From positions 7,652-71,651 of the forward strand of contig JACPAB010000003.1 in the NCBI GenBank assembly GCA_016181045.1: a DNA stretch of 64,000 bases, read 5' to 3'. The notes beneath the pieces were generated by a model that was given only the letters and a program-made list of their open reading frames with translations, ran no database searches and had not been told where the DNA came from. This document shows, piece after piece, positions 19,455 through 29,235 of the stretch (its first letter is position 1; the number at the start of each line of letters is the position of its first letter). Made by a program: the position numbers and the translations under genes. The stretch comes from Candidatus Yanofskybacteria bacterium. Its GTDB lineage: Bacteria > Patescibacteriota > Minisyncoccia > 2-02-FULL-40-12 > GWA2-44-9.

Positions 19455-21590
19455 TTATAGTGGTGGCGTCGGCGTGGTTGGAGGAATCCTTCCTCCCGGC
19501 ATAGTTCCTGTGGTAGTAGGACTACTCAATATTTCAGTGTGCAAGATCTCGATCTTCCTGTCGCCACCAGGAGTGTCAAGCAATGTTCTTTCTAAACGCT
19601 GAACATAATTAGTTCTGGCCCGGCCCCTTAACTGTGAAATATAAAGTTTCAGGGCTTCTCTGAATTCAGGGCTGGTTTCCCAAGTATCCTTTTTAATATT
19701 GGCCGTGTCTTTCATGTCACCACTCTTTAGAAAACCGCCGAACATGTGAGTTTTTAATTGGAACTCGTTTGCCGGAGGAGCACCGTAGGCCTTATCAAAA
19801 CCTTCTTCCGCCTCTCTCCTAAGGTCTGGGTTGCGAGTTCTATCGGAATTATAACCTACAGCAAAGCTGGGATTTATCTTTCCCAGTTCTTTCAAAAAGT
19901 TCCGACCCTCTGCGGTGGTGTGTCCGCCAAAGACGCCTATCCCGGCCTCAATTTGATTGTCTTCCAGTCCCGACATCGCTTTCTTGTCGGTCAAAACGTA
20001 CCTGAACATTTCTCTTCGGGCAGCAACGGCACCCTTTAAGGAGCTGTAATCGTAACCAGGTCCGCTTTCAGCTGCAGCCATTCTTGCCAAATCCTTGCCT
20101 TTCATCTTTGAGAACTTTGCTTCTTTTGCTGTTTTGGCGAAGTCCTCGGCGGCTAATGGATTCTGGGATAATTGCGTCAAAGTTGAGGTGAATAGGTCGT
20201 TATCCAATTGGCCTATCTTTGCGGCTAACTTTCTATAAGCAAACCCTCTGGGGTCAGTAGAGCCCAACTGCTTGGCCCTTCGGACCACTTCAGCTTCATC
20301 TATCTTTCCGTTTTGATACTCTCTTTCAAAGTCCTGAAAGTTCTTACCGGCCAGGTCGACAAAAGCTTTTTGGGTTCTTACCTCCGCTCCCCTAACTCCG
20401 AATCTTTGGGCAAAGCGGCTGGTCTGCTGTTCCAGCCCGAACTTGCCGCCATAAAATATCCCCGCTTTTCCGGGCAGGCCTTCTTCCTTAATCTGTTCCA
20501 ATCTCTGTTTGGCAGCTGCCCCAGCCGCTGTTAACCATAATCTTCTTGCTGCCACGCCTCGCGACCACTTGGCTACAGTCACAACTCCGGTGCCGGAGAA
20601 CATTGATGCTTTCATTGCCGTGATCGTGCCTCCGATGAGAAATATGGCCGTCAGGACATAAAAGAATAAGAGCTGAAAACTGAACGGCAGATCGGAGGTG
20701 GGTTTGGCGCTGGACAGGTTCGCCGCTATCTTTTGAATAACGTCACCCTGGCTTTGAAGGAAATAAAGGCCGAAATACAGAAAGAAAAGAAATATCGGCA
20801 GGAACATATTCCAGCCGATAAATAAACTCCACCATTTTTTGTAAGTTCCCTGGCCAGCCGGAAATATGTTAAGCATCCAGGCCATCGGCGATACAACCAA
20901 CAACGCCCAGAGTATCGGAATTCTTATCATGGCGAAAATAAAAGCGGTCAATAAGCTGAAAAGGAATGTGAAAAGCAAGACCACGGAAAATAGCAAACTG
21001 ACAAGAGTACCGAAGACCACACTGTCGATCGCGACTCCGGTTGAGACATCCGATATACTGCCTGCTGCGGGCAGTAGCTTGGCGGGATTAAGTTCTTGTC
21101 CAAGGCGCAGGGACATGTCCCCGATTGATACCAGGAAAGTGTTTGTGAGCACCTGCGACGCGTCGATGACCAGAACTCCCAACACCAAGCTGAAGTTGAT
21201 GAGCAGGGCGGATATCAAGAATTTTGGGAACAGGGTTCTTGCCTCGTATTTGGTGATATTAAAGATAGTCGCGAAGGCCATGACTATCAATGCTACAATG
21301 AAGAACATGTTGGCGAAATTCCTCATTATCTTCCAACTCTCGTCCACTACCGGTATCCCGCCGTCAGGATAAACCGGGATATGGATGACCCAGTTCAGCG
21401 CAACGGCAAGTACGCCGATGACTTTTCCGACCAGAGTGAATATGACGAACAAGACATTGGCGAACACGGCCTCAAAAGCCCAATCGGTCAGCCAATTGGC
21501 TTTAGCTTCGTGGGTTGGTAGTAAAACCAAAGCAATCACGAAAATAATCGCTAAATAACATTTCCGGTATTTTTTAAAATTTCTTGACAT
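19455..21590 (-). CDS. TrbL/VirB6-like polytopic membrane protein
   Basis: WKIMRNFAN, ALLINFS, multiple TM helices, long soluble C-terminus; in the VirB4 cluster. Confidence 0.7.
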   Translation of the reverse strand: MSRNFKKYRKCYLAIIFVIALVLLPTHEAKANWLTDWAFEAVFANVLFVIFTLVGKVIGVLAVALNWVIHIPVYPDGGIPVVDESWKIMRNFANMFFIVALIVMAFATIFNITKYEARTLFPKFLISALLINFSLVLGVLVIDASQVLTNTFLVSIGDMSLRLGQELNPAKLLPAAGSISDVSTGVAIDSVVFGTLVSLLFSVVLLFTFLFSLLTAFIFAMIRIPILWALLVVSPMAWMLNIFPAGQGTYKKWWSLFIGWNMFLPIFLFFLYFGLYFLQSQGDVIQKIAANLSSAKPTSDLPFSFQLLFFYVLTAIFLIGGTITAMKASMFSGTGVVTVAKWSRGVAARRLWLTAAGAAAKQRLEQIKEEGLPGKAGIFYGGKFGLEQQTSRFAQRFGVRGAEVRTQKAFVDLAGKNFQDFEREYQNGKIDEAEVVRRAKQLGSTDPRGFAYRKLAAKIGQLDNDLFTSTLTQLSQNPLAAEDFAKTAKEAKFSKMKGKDLARMAAAESGPGYDYSSLKGAVAARREMFRYVLTDKKAMSGLEDNQIEAGIGVFGGHTTAEGRNFLKELGKINPSFAVGYNSDRTRNPDLRREAEEGFDKAYGAPPANEFQLKTHMFGGFLKSGDMKDTANIKKDTWETSPEFREALKLYISQLRGRARTNYVQRLERTLLDTPGGDRKIEILHTEILSSPTTTGTMPGGRIPPTTPTPPL

Positions 21591-21592
21591 TT

Positions 21593-23068
21593 TTACGGCT
21601 GAACCGGCGCTAACCACCGGGAAGTTTCTACTGAGCCGACTAAACTCCATGTTGGAGTTGCGGCGCCGTCCGAATCGATCAAAACGTCATAATGCAACCC
21701 GCTTGGTTTGTGGAAAAGTATGTCGCAAGAGACCGGGCCAGAAGCGAATGGGCAATTAGTTCCGCCGGGTTTGCTCAACAACCCCCAGCCATTGGAACTA
21801 TTTTTCCAGGCCACGGCGTTAAGAAAACTGGCCAATTGAGCCGGGGTCATCGGAGTGCCATAGTTTCCCCTTTCGGCTTGCACATCTGAAAGCAGAGAGC
21901 CCGGTTCTCCACCCGGTGGTGAGGGATTTGGTTCTGAAGGAGGCGGCTCTTCCACTGGATCTTCCGGATCCGGCAATCCACCATAGTTCCCTCCCTGATA
22001 CTCTCCCACTATTTCAATTGGAGCTTCTTTGTCGGGAGCCCTCAGGTCTTTTAAGCGGCTAACCAATCTCTCGCTTATGTCAACGAGTAGTTCATTCAGC
22101 TCATCAGAACTGACCACCCACTCAAGCTCTTTTTCTACTGTCGTCGAGACGGAGTCGCCTATCGTGCTTCCAGGGGTCTTAATGTCGTTGTAGATAAGGC
22201 ATTTTCCGTTCAGATCTCTTGTTTTGCAGGATGAGGCAGCATTTTTTCCGTCACCGCTTATGGATAAATATCCCCGTCCAGCCAGGGCTTGATTTAAGTC
22301 GGACGATTTTTCTATATTTCTTTGCTTGTTTGCTTCGTCTAAAGAACCAAACAGAGTTCCGTAATAATTATTTTGGGGCTCCAGTAATCTTGACCAGGCC
22401 TCCCAGCCCCCGTTCCCGGCAAAGTCGCTCTGGTAACTGGCCATATTAAAACTGGACGGCAAGGTGCAGTTGACACGCAAAGAAAACGGGTCTAAGCTTC
22501 CGGTTCGTGTATTCGCATCCTTCAATGACGTCTTGCCCCTAACCCCAAAAGTATTTTTAAGATCTTGTTCGAAATAGTCACACATCTTAGTATTTGACAG
22601 CTCTGCCCTGAATATATTCTCACCTCTGTATTCGGCATTGGTTTCAAAATTGCGCCAGTTTTTTATCCAGGTCTCTCCTCCATCTCTTCCGCCTTCTCTG
22701 ACTAAAGCCAAAACCCCGTTGACGCTTTTGTCAAAAATTCCCCTGGAGATGCATCTGGCCACCGGATCGTAAATGAATTCTTTCGCTGTATCTTGTGATG
22801 TTGCCGAATCTTCAACCTTATCCGGTGTACTACATCCAAACGCGCCGCCGGTAAAAAATGAGACAGCGGCGCAAGCAGCAGCTCTTATAACCGCTTTCAA
22901 GAATTTCCTGATTGCTTCGCCAATATCCCTCAAGATATTTCTCAAAGCATTTTTAATAGCGCACTTTGGGGCGCCTGCGATCTCACTCAAAGAAGCCATT
23001 GCAACATAAGGGAGAATAAGGCCGAGTATGATCAACAAGCAAACAGTTGTTTTAAAAGCATGGGTCAT
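21593..23068 (-). CDS. secreted Cys-containing protein of the VirB4-like cluster
   Basis: Signal peptide, GGWEAW..LEPQNNYYG, IKTPG, Pro-rich linker, distinct C-terminal domain. Confidence 0.7.
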   Translation of the reverse strand: MTHAFKTTVCLLIILGLILPYVAMASLSEIAGAPKCAIKNALRNILRDIGEAIRKFLKAVIRAAACAAVSFFTGGAFGCSTPDKVEDSATSQDTAKEFIYDPVARCISRGIFDKSVNGVLALVREGGRDGGETWIKNWRNFETNAEYRGENIFRAELSNTKMCDYFEQDLKNTFGVRGKTSLKDANTRTGSLDPFSLRVNCTLPSSFNMASYQSDFAGNGGWEAWSRLLEPQNNYYGTLFGSLDEANKQRNIEKSSDLNQALAGRGYLSISGDGKNAASSCKTRDLNGKCLIYNDIKTPGSTIGDSVSTTVEKELEWVVSSDELNELLVDISERLVSRLKDLRAPDKEAPIEIVGEYQGGNYGGLPDPEDPVEEPPPSEPNPSPPGGEPGSLLSDVQAERGNYGTPMTPAQLASFLNAVAWKNSSNGWGLLSKPGGTNCPFASGPVSCDILFHKPSGLHYDVLIDSDGAATPTWSLVGSVETSRWLAPVQP

Positions 23069-23985
23069 TGCGTCGACAGAGAGTTTGTAATGCTTGTGGC
23101 AAAATCAGCGACTATTTCGGGTAGTCGGTTAATATAAAGATTTACCAGAGCGTTAAAGGCAATAAGAGATTGAACCGGATCGTCCTCAACCCTGTTCAGG
23201 AGAATATAATTTTTTTTGATACTTTCAAAAAAAATGGCTAATTTCATGTGATGATCGGTGAACTTTTTAGGCACGCTCATCTTCTGCAGATTTTCAATTT
23301 GGCTATTTATTTGAATAATTTCCTGCTCTATGTAGTTGACGCTTTTTTGGCGCAGTTCGGGGTTACCGGTCAAGGTTGAGATGTTTGACAAATCGACATC
23401 GCCCATCAAGTCCGTCAATTCAATGAATCTATCCAGGTCTCTTATTGTTGAAGATTCCAAGTACGGGAAAATATCTGACGTGTATTTTTTTATATTTTCG
23501 GGGGTATTTTCAACGATTTGCGGCGAGCTTAGTTTGAGAGACGAATTTATTTCTGACTGCCGGAAAATTTCGTCAACAACCATATTCAAGGAGTTGGTAT
23601 AATTAGGACTGCTTGATTTTAAGGAGCCCTCTACTAATCCTCCCAGAGTAAGGTTCGATAATTGTTTTGTAACATTATTGTTGATTAGCAGATCGTCTGG
23701 ACCCGGCTTTAAGGGGTCGTGTCCCGATGCCACTTCTTCTCCGTCAAGAAACCCATCCCCGTCAGTATCGGGGTTTTGAAAGTCGGTATTCCAATAGGAT
23801 TCTTCGCGGTTCGATAAGCCGTCCTTATCTGTATCCGGGTCAACCTCAAAAGACAGAGTGCCCTTAAGTATATTCGCGGTTTTTACAACCGGAGAAGATG
23901 ACCTGAAAGAATCAATAAGAGTAAAAACCGAAAACAAAGCAATCAATGCCAAAAAACCGACAAAAACTTTGATTTTATTTACCAT
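23065..23985 (-). CDS. membrane-anchored protein with bacterial TSP3-type Ca-binding repeats
   Basis: DTDKDGLSNREE, PDTDGDGFLDGEEV. Confidence 0.8.
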   Translation of the reverse strand: MVNKIKVFVGFLALIALFSVFTLIDSFRSSSPVVKTANILKGTLSFEVDPDTDKDGLSNREESYWNTDFQNPDTDGDGFLDGEEVASGHDPLKPGPDDLLINNNVTKQLSNLTLGGLVEGSLKSSSPNYTNSLNMVVDEIFRQSEINSSLKLSSPQIVENTPENIKKYTSDIFPYLESSTIRDLDRFIELTDLMGDVDLSNISTLTGNPELRQKSVNYIEQEIIQINSQIENLQKMSVPKKFTDHHMKLAIFFESIKKNYILLNRVEDDPVQSLIAFNALVNLYINRLPEIVADFATSITNSLSTQ

Positions 23986-24019
23986 TTATATGCCTAAAGC
24001 ATACCACTTATAATTACAT

Positions 24020-24829
24020 TTAGCTTGTTGATATTAAGGTTGTCAATTTTAGCCAGCTTTCTACTGATAATTCTTCTGGCCTTGAGTCTGGATTTACCCT
24101 CAATTCATTAAGTATTTCCACAGTTTTTTCTTTTGACGCAAAAATTCTAACCAACGTGTTTTTGAGTTGCTTTCTTTTCCCAGAAAAACCGGCTTTAATT
24201 ATTTTGAAAAACAGGTCTTTGTCTGTCGGCATATCTTTTTTGGGAACAATCCTTATTATCGCCGAATCGACTTTGGGTATCGGTCTAAAACTGCCTTTGG
24301 ATACATAGCCGATGATTGTTGGACTGGAATAAAACTGCACGGATAGTGCAAGCAGGTTCATATGCGGCGGCTTGGCCACGATCCTTTGAGCCACTTCTTT
24401 TTGAACAGTCAGAACTATTAATTTTGGTTTCGGCCATTTTTCAAAAACAGTTCGCAGAAAATTGGACGTAATGTAATAAGGAATATTACCGATTACTTTG
24501 TAATCGCAATTTTCAATTTTCAATTTACAATTTTCAAACAATTTTTTAATATCTAATTTCAAAATGTCTCCTTCAACAATCTTTACATTAGAATTGTGGA
24601 ATTTATCTTTAAGTTCTTCAATAAGCCGGCGGTCCTTTTCTACGGCGATAATCCGCTTCGCTTTTTCGGAAAGTTTCCGCGTTAAATTTCCAGTTCCCGG
24701 GCCTATCTCCACTACCGTATCTTCCGGCCCCACCTCTGCGGTCCCGATGATCTTATCCAAAATACCCTGATTGATCAGGAAATTCTGGCCAAGCGACTTT
24801 TTGGGTTTAATATTTGATAATTTTTTCAT
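24020..24829 (-). CDS. rsmA: 16S rRNA dimethyltransferase RsmA/KsgA
   Basis: KKSLGQNFL, EIGPGTG, GNIPYYITS, PKVDS. Confidence 0.97.
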   Translation of the reverse strand: MKKLSNIKPKKSLGQNFLINQGILDKIIGTAEVGPEDTVVEIGPGTGNLTRKLSEKAKRIIAVEKDRRLIEELKDKFHNSNVKIVEGDILKLDIKKLFENCKLKIENCDYKVIGNIPYYITSNFLRTVFEKWPKPKLIVLTVQKEVAQRIVAKPPHMNLLALSVQFYSSPTIIGYVSKGSFRPIPKVDSAIIRIVPKKDMPTDKDLFFKIIKAGFSGKRKQLKNTLVRIFASKEKTVEILNELRVNPDSRPEELSVESWLKLTTLISTS

Positions 24830-26855
24830 CGTCATCTGTGTAAAAGTTTGACATGGATGTTCTGACATCCAAAACATTGCCGGGCATCTCGCCTATGAAT
24901 CTGGAAGGCAGATTCGCTTCGGTAGAACCGAAAATGTGCCGGTATTTGGCATAAGATATGTGAAGTTTCTTTTTTGCCCTGGTTATGGCCACGTAGCAGA
25001 GGCGTCTTTCCTCCTCCAGCTCTTTTGGGTCAATAAGCGACCTTGAATGAGGGAAAAGCCCCTCTTCCATTCCGGCGATGAATACGATCGGGAACTCCAA
25101 ACCTTTTGACGAATGCGCCGTCATTAACACAACCCTGTTGTTGATATTTTTAAGATTGCCTGCCCCGTACCAACCCCGCCCCTTTTCTGAATGGCGGTCA
25201 GCGGAAGAGATTGGTGTGGGGTCGGCGTCTTGTAGCAGAGCTATCTCTTCCAAGAATATAGCAATCCCATCTCCGTTTTTGAGCGAGTCGTGTTTCTTGG
25301 CGACGGTCAGCAGTTCTTTTATGTTCTCTATCCTGTCTTGGACGGTATCGGCGACACCTGATTTTTTAAATGTGTTTAAAAGATAGTCCTCATAGTTGGT
25401 TTTTCGGACTATGTACTTAATAAGTTCGGTAAGCTTTACGGACTTTTTGGAATTTAGATCTTTGAGTAGTTTGGCCAGTTCTTCAAGGCCGGGACCCTGT
25501 CTCGAACCCTTCATTTCCGCAGCCAGTGCCGCTACGGCCGATATAAGATTTGTCTCCTCGGTCTTTACTATTTTTTGAAAAGTGCTCGAGCCGATGCCGC
25601 GTGGCGGCAGGTTGTATATCCTTTCGAAACTCACGACATCGGAAGGGTTCGAGACCACTTTAAGATAGGCCAGCATGTCTTTTATCTCTCTTCTTTCGTA
25701 AAATTTGATGCCCCCGACTATCTGATACGGGAACCCTCTTGTGATCAACGCCTCTTCGATGGCTCTGGATTGGGCATGGGTCCGGTAAAGAATGGCGAAG
25801 TCGTTTATTTTATACCCCTGCGTGGTCAGGTCTTCCATCGTTTCGATTATAAAACCGGCCTCGTCACGTTCGTTCAAGGCCTCCCTGATTAAAATTTTCT
25901 CCCCGTGGTCATTCTCGGTCCAGAGCTCTTTGGGCACCTGGCTTTGGTTATTGGATATGACGTTCTGGGCGGCGGCGAGGATATTCTTGGTGGACCGGTA
26001 ATTCTGTTCCAAAAATATTACTTTGGCATCGGGGTAGTCCTTTTGGAAGTTCAAGATGTTCTTTATGTCGGCGTCGCGGAACATGTAGATACTTTGCGCA
26101 TCATCACCAATGACGAATAGATTCTTATGTTTTTGAGCAAGAAGGGTCACCAGCTGATATTGGTCATGGCTGGTGTCCTGATATTCGTCGACAAGGATAT
26201 ATTTCCAGACGTTTTGATATTTCTCGAGGATGTCCGGGTTTTGTTTAAATATTTTAACGGTTAGAACTATCAAATCGTCAAAGTCCAATCCGTTCATTTT
26301 TTTCAGCTCGGTTTGGTATTTCCCGTAAACTCTCGCCACGACTTTGGAGAAAAAATCATCGGGCTCAAATTTCTCCGGAAAAATAAGATTTGTTTTTAGC
26401 CGCGATATTTTAGCAAGTATTGCCCGGGGGTTGAATTTCTTGGGGTCTATTTCAAGATCACCCATGACCCTCTTGACGACTCCGGTCTGGTCGTCAGAAT
26501 CAAAAATCGTGAAGTTGCTGCCGTAACCGAGAACAGGTATCTCTCTCCTTAATATCCGGAGGCAGATGGAATGGAAAGTGCCCAGCATCGGCGTAGCCGA
26601 TGCAATTTTCAAATTCCGATTTTCAATTTTCAATAAATTATAAACCCTTTCTTTGATCTCGTTGGCGGCCTTATTGGTAAAAGTAATTCCGAGAATTTCA
26701 CAGGGTCTTATTCCTTGAGAAATTAAATAAGCTACCCGATGGGTCAAACAGCGGGTCTTGCCCGAACCCGGTCCTGAAATAACCAAAACAGGCCCCTCAA
26801 TGGCCCTTACCGCTTCAATCTGTTTGTCGTTTAAACCCTGGAAAATATTGTCCAT
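24807..26855 (-). CDS. pcrA: ATP-dependent DNA helicase PcrA/UvrD
   Basis: GPGSGKT, LVDEYQD, NYRST, HSSKGLEF, EERRLCYVAITRA. Confidence 0.97.
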   Translation of the reverse strand: MDNIFQGLNDKQIEAVRAIEGPVLVISGPGSGKTRCLTHRVAYLISQGIRPCEILGITFTNKAANEIKERVYNLLKIENRNLKIASATPMLGTFHSICLRILRREIPVLGYGSNFTIFDSDDQTGVVKRVMGDLEIDPKKFNPRAILAKISRLKTNLIFPEKFEPDDFFSKVVARVYGKYQTELKKMNGLDFDDLIVLTVKIFKQNPDILEKYQNVWKYILVDEYQDTSHDQYQLVTLLAQKHKNLFVIGDDAQSIYMFRDADIKNILNFQKDYPDAKVIFLEQNYRSTKNILAAAQNVISNNQSQVPKELWTENDHGEKILIREALNERDEAGFIIETMEDLTTQGYKINDFAILYRTHAQSRAIEEALITRGFPYQIVGGIKFYERREIKDMLAYLKVVSNPSDVVSFERIYNLPPRGIGSSTFQKIVKTEETNLISAVAALAAEMKGSRQGPGLEELAKLLKDLNSKKSVKLTELIKYIVRKTNYEDYLLNTFKKSGVADTVQDRIENIKELLTVAKKHDSLKNGDGIAIFLEEIALLQDADPTPISSADRHSEKGRGWYGAGNLKNINNRVVLMTAHSSKGLEFPIVFIAGMEEGLFPHSRSLIDPKELEEERRLCYVAITRAKKKLHISYAKYRHIFGSTEANLPSRFIGEMPGNVLDVRTSMSNFYTDDDEKIIKY
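25163..25221. repeat. palindromic element family B, copy 1 (in frame in pcrA)
   Basis: CCCCGTACCAA...TTGGTGTGGGG; near-identical to 55576-55634. Confidence 0.9.
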
Positions 26856-26897
26856 TAAGCTAAAAATCTCAAGCAGTTGAGATTTTCTTAACGCTTG

Positions 26898-26968
26898 TGG
26901 ACCCGGCGGTAATCGAAACCGCGTCTCGGCAATGCGAATGCCGTGTATTGCCACTATACGACAGGCCC
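26898..26968 (-). tRNA. tRNA-Ala(CGC)
   Basis: Cloverleaf GGGCCTG/CGGGTCC with G3:U70; anticodon arm CGGCA-TT-CGC-AT-TGCCG. Confidence 0.9.
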
Positions 26969-26980
26969 CAAAATCCAACT

Positions 26981-27056
26981 TGGTCGGGCTGCCGGGATTT
27001 GAACCCGGAAATTTCCTGAACCCGAATCAGGCGTGTTACCGTTACACTACAGCCCG
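26981..27056 (-). tRNA. tRNA-Pro(CGG)
   Basis: CGGGCTG acceptor stem, CCTGA-TT-CGG-GT-TCAGG, encoded CCA. Confidence 0.95.
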
Positions 27057-27061
27057 AAAAT

Positions 27062-28498
27062 TTATACGTAATATTTCTTTCGCCTCTCTTCCTCTTCCCT
27101 CTCTATCGCATCATCTATTTTTTTAAGCGACCCGCGGAGTTCTTCAGGCGACTTTTTATCCAGGTCGTGGATCCTCTGCATCAGGTCTTCCCGCACATTT
27201 TTTGACGGGTTTTCTACAACCTCGGCCAGAAGCGAGTTCAGGATCAGACCGACTTTGGGGCCCGGCTCCACACCAAGTTCTTTCATTACATCTTTACCGT
27301 CGATCTTGAGCATCTTGGCCGATATCGGGTCATCGGAGACCTTGTCGATGATATATTTGAGATGTCTCAATTTGTAGGGCACCGCCTTGGGCCGGCCCGA
27401 ACCGATCCTGTCGGCCTCCCGGACCTTTAAGAGGTCTTCCACGTTTTCTTTTCCTATCCTCACGAGCAATCTTCTTACCGATGATTCCGTTACCTCCTCG
27501 GGATTATAGTAGAACATATGGTACCTTACCAGTTTTATCACTTTCTCGCTAAAATCCCTGGGAAATTTAAGGCGGTCCATTATTTCTGCCGCCATCCTTG
27601 CGCCAACCACCTCGTGGCCGTAGAAAGTCGCTTCATTGTGGGTCTCTCCTCTTTTGGTACGGGGCTTCCCAATATCATGAAACAACGAAGCGAGCCGGAC
27701 TTCGAGAGAATATTTTTTTTCCGTAGAGTATTTTAGGGCGCGAGTGCAATGTTCCCAGACGGAGTAAATATGGTGAAGGTTTTGATCTACGCCTATTCCT
27801 TCACGAAGTTCGGGGGCAATGAATTTCAAAATCCCCGTTTCCTCAAGCAGTAAAATCCCCTCATAAGCGTTTTCGGACTCTATTATTTTTATGAATTCGT
27901 CCCGTATTCTCTCTTTTGATATCGCCGCCAGCCATTCCGAAGCGGCCTTAAGGGCTTTTAGGGTGGATTCTTCTATTTGAAACCCAAGTATCGTCGCAAA
28001 GCGGACGGTTCTTAATAGGCGCAATGCATCTTCGCCGAATCTGTCGGCTGGATTCCCGACCGTTCTGACCAGTTTGTTTTTTAGGTCTTTTTGTCCTTCA
28101 AACAAGTCAACAATCTTCCCGTCCTTGTCTATAGCCATTGCATTTATCGTGAAATCCCGACGGGATAGATCGTCCTCAAGCTTATTCGCAAACTTGATCT
28201 CATCGGGATGTCGTTTATCGGTATATTTTCCTTCTATTCTGTATGGCGTTACCTCCACAAGGGCTAAAGTTTCATCTTCCGAGCCGGTTTTCACTGCGAC
28301 TGTGCCGAAAACATTCTCATAGATATTTTCGGGAAAAATATTTTGAATTTCCCTCGGTTTTGCGTTTGTGGTTACGTCCCAATCTTTTGGTTCTTTGCCC
28401 AACAACAAATCGCGTACGCATCCGCCCACGACATAGCCCTGATAACCGGCTTTCTCGAGTTTTTCTATGATATTTTTTACTTCGTTCGGAAGTTCCAT
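27062..28498 (-). CDS. cca: CCA-adding enzyme (HD-domain tRNA nucleotidyltransferase)
   Basis: VVGGCVRD, KDWD, DLSRRDFTINA, EDALRLLR, HDIGK. Confidence 0.93.
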   Translation of the reverse strand: MELPNEVKNIIEKLEKAGYQGYVVGGCVRDLLLGKEPKDWDVTTNAKPREIQNIFPENIYENVFGTVAVKTGSEDETLALVEVTPYRIEGKYTDKRHPDEIKFANKLEDDLSRRDFTINAMAIDKDGKIVDLFEGQKDLKNKLVRTVGNPADRFGEDALRLLRTVRFATILGFQIEESTLKALKAASEWLAAISKERIRDEFIKIIESENAYEGILLLEETGILKFIAPELREGIGVDQNLHHIYSVWEHCTRALKYSTEKKYSLEVRLASLFHDIGKPRTKRGETHNEATFYGHEVVGARMAAEIMDRLKFPRDFSEKVIKLVRYHMFYYNPEEVTESSVRRLLVRIGKENVEDLLKVREADRIGSGRPKAVPYKLRHLKYIIDKVSDDPISAKMLKIDGKDVMKELGVEPGPKVGLILNSLLAEVVENPSKNVREDLMQRIHDLDKKSPEELRGSLKKIDDAIEREEEERRKKYYV

Positions 28499-28507
28499 TG
28501 TCTGTTG

Positions 28508-28579
28508 TGCCCCCACCAAGAGTCGAACTTGGATTTAGGGTTTAGGAAACCCTCGTCCTATCCGTTGAACGACAGGGGC
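28508..28579 (-). tRNA. tRNA-Arg(CCT)
   Basis: Cloverleaf; AGGGT-TT-CCT-AA-ACCCT. Confidence 0.95.
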
Positions 28580-28652
28580 GTTATTTATCTTGAAATTATA
28601 CCATTTTTGAACTGGATTGACAACGACGTCTGTCTGTAATAATATGTAATAC

Positions 28653-28859
28653 ATGAGACAAATAATAAACATATCATTGCCGGAACAAATGGCAAAGATG
28701 GTCGAAAGAGAGGTTAAAAAAAGGAATTTCGCCTCTACTAGCGAATACATTCGTTATCTTATCAGGTCAAACGAATTGATATCTGATATAGAACAAAGCC
28801 GAAAGGAGTTCGCCGAAGGTAAGGGAAAGATATTGAAGTCACTTAAAGATTTGGGGTAG
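28653..28859 (+). CDS. ribbon-helix-helix antitoxin
   Basis: INISLPEQM...FASTSEYIRYLIR. Confidence 0.85.
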   Translation: MRQIINISLPEQMAKMVEREVKKRNFASTSEYIRYLIRSNELISDIEQSRKEFAEGKGKILKSLKDLG

Positions 28860-28867
28860 ATTTGTTA

Positions 28868-29125
28868 ATGCAAATTTCTTATTCCCCCACATTCAGAAAA
28901 AGATATAAAAAACTCCGAAAAGAGGTAAAATTACAAGCCATTAAAAAAGAGATTTTGTTTAGAAAAAATCCATTTGAACCTTCCCTGGGAACTCACAAAC
29001 TTCATGGACGAATGGAGGGGTTGCGCGCGTTTTGGGTTAACAAAAAATACAGGATAATTTTTGAATTTGAGAGTGATAGTATGATAAAATTTCACACTGT
29101 CGGTACTCACGATATTTACAAGTAA
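28868..29125 (+). CDS. RelE/YafQ-family mRNA interferase toxin
   Basis: SYSPTFRKRYKKL, NPFEPSLGTHKLHG, YRIIF, VGTHDIY. Confidence 0.9.
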   Translation: MQISYSPTFRKRYKKLRKEVKLQAIKKEILFRKNPFEPSLGTHKLHGRMEGLRAFWVNKKYRIIFEFESDSMIKFHTVGTHDIYK

Positions 29126-29127
29126 AT

Positions 29128-29200
29128 GGGCCTGTAGCTCAGCTGGTAGAGCGCGCGAATGGCATTCGCGAGGTCACGGGTTCGATCCCCGTCGGGTCCA
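29128..29200 (+). tRNA. tRNA-Ala(GGC)
   Basis: GGGCCTGTAGCTCAG...; CGCGA-AT-GGC-AT-TCGCG; G3:U70. Confidence 0.96.
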
Positions 29201-29207
29201 CAAATAC

Positions 29208-29235
29208 TAAACGGCTCACCAGGGTGAGCCGTTTA
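29208..29235. terminator. bidirectional terminator hairpin
   Basis: TAAACGGCTCACC-AG-GGTGAGCCGTTTA. Confidence 0.8.

Noticed and set aside
13845..23985. Integrative conjugative element
   Set aside because: No integrase, relaxase, att repeats or compositional shift at the boundaries
26856..26978. N-terminal extension of PcrA in the ORF track
   Set aside because: It overlaps tRNA-Ala; the real start is MDNIF at 26855
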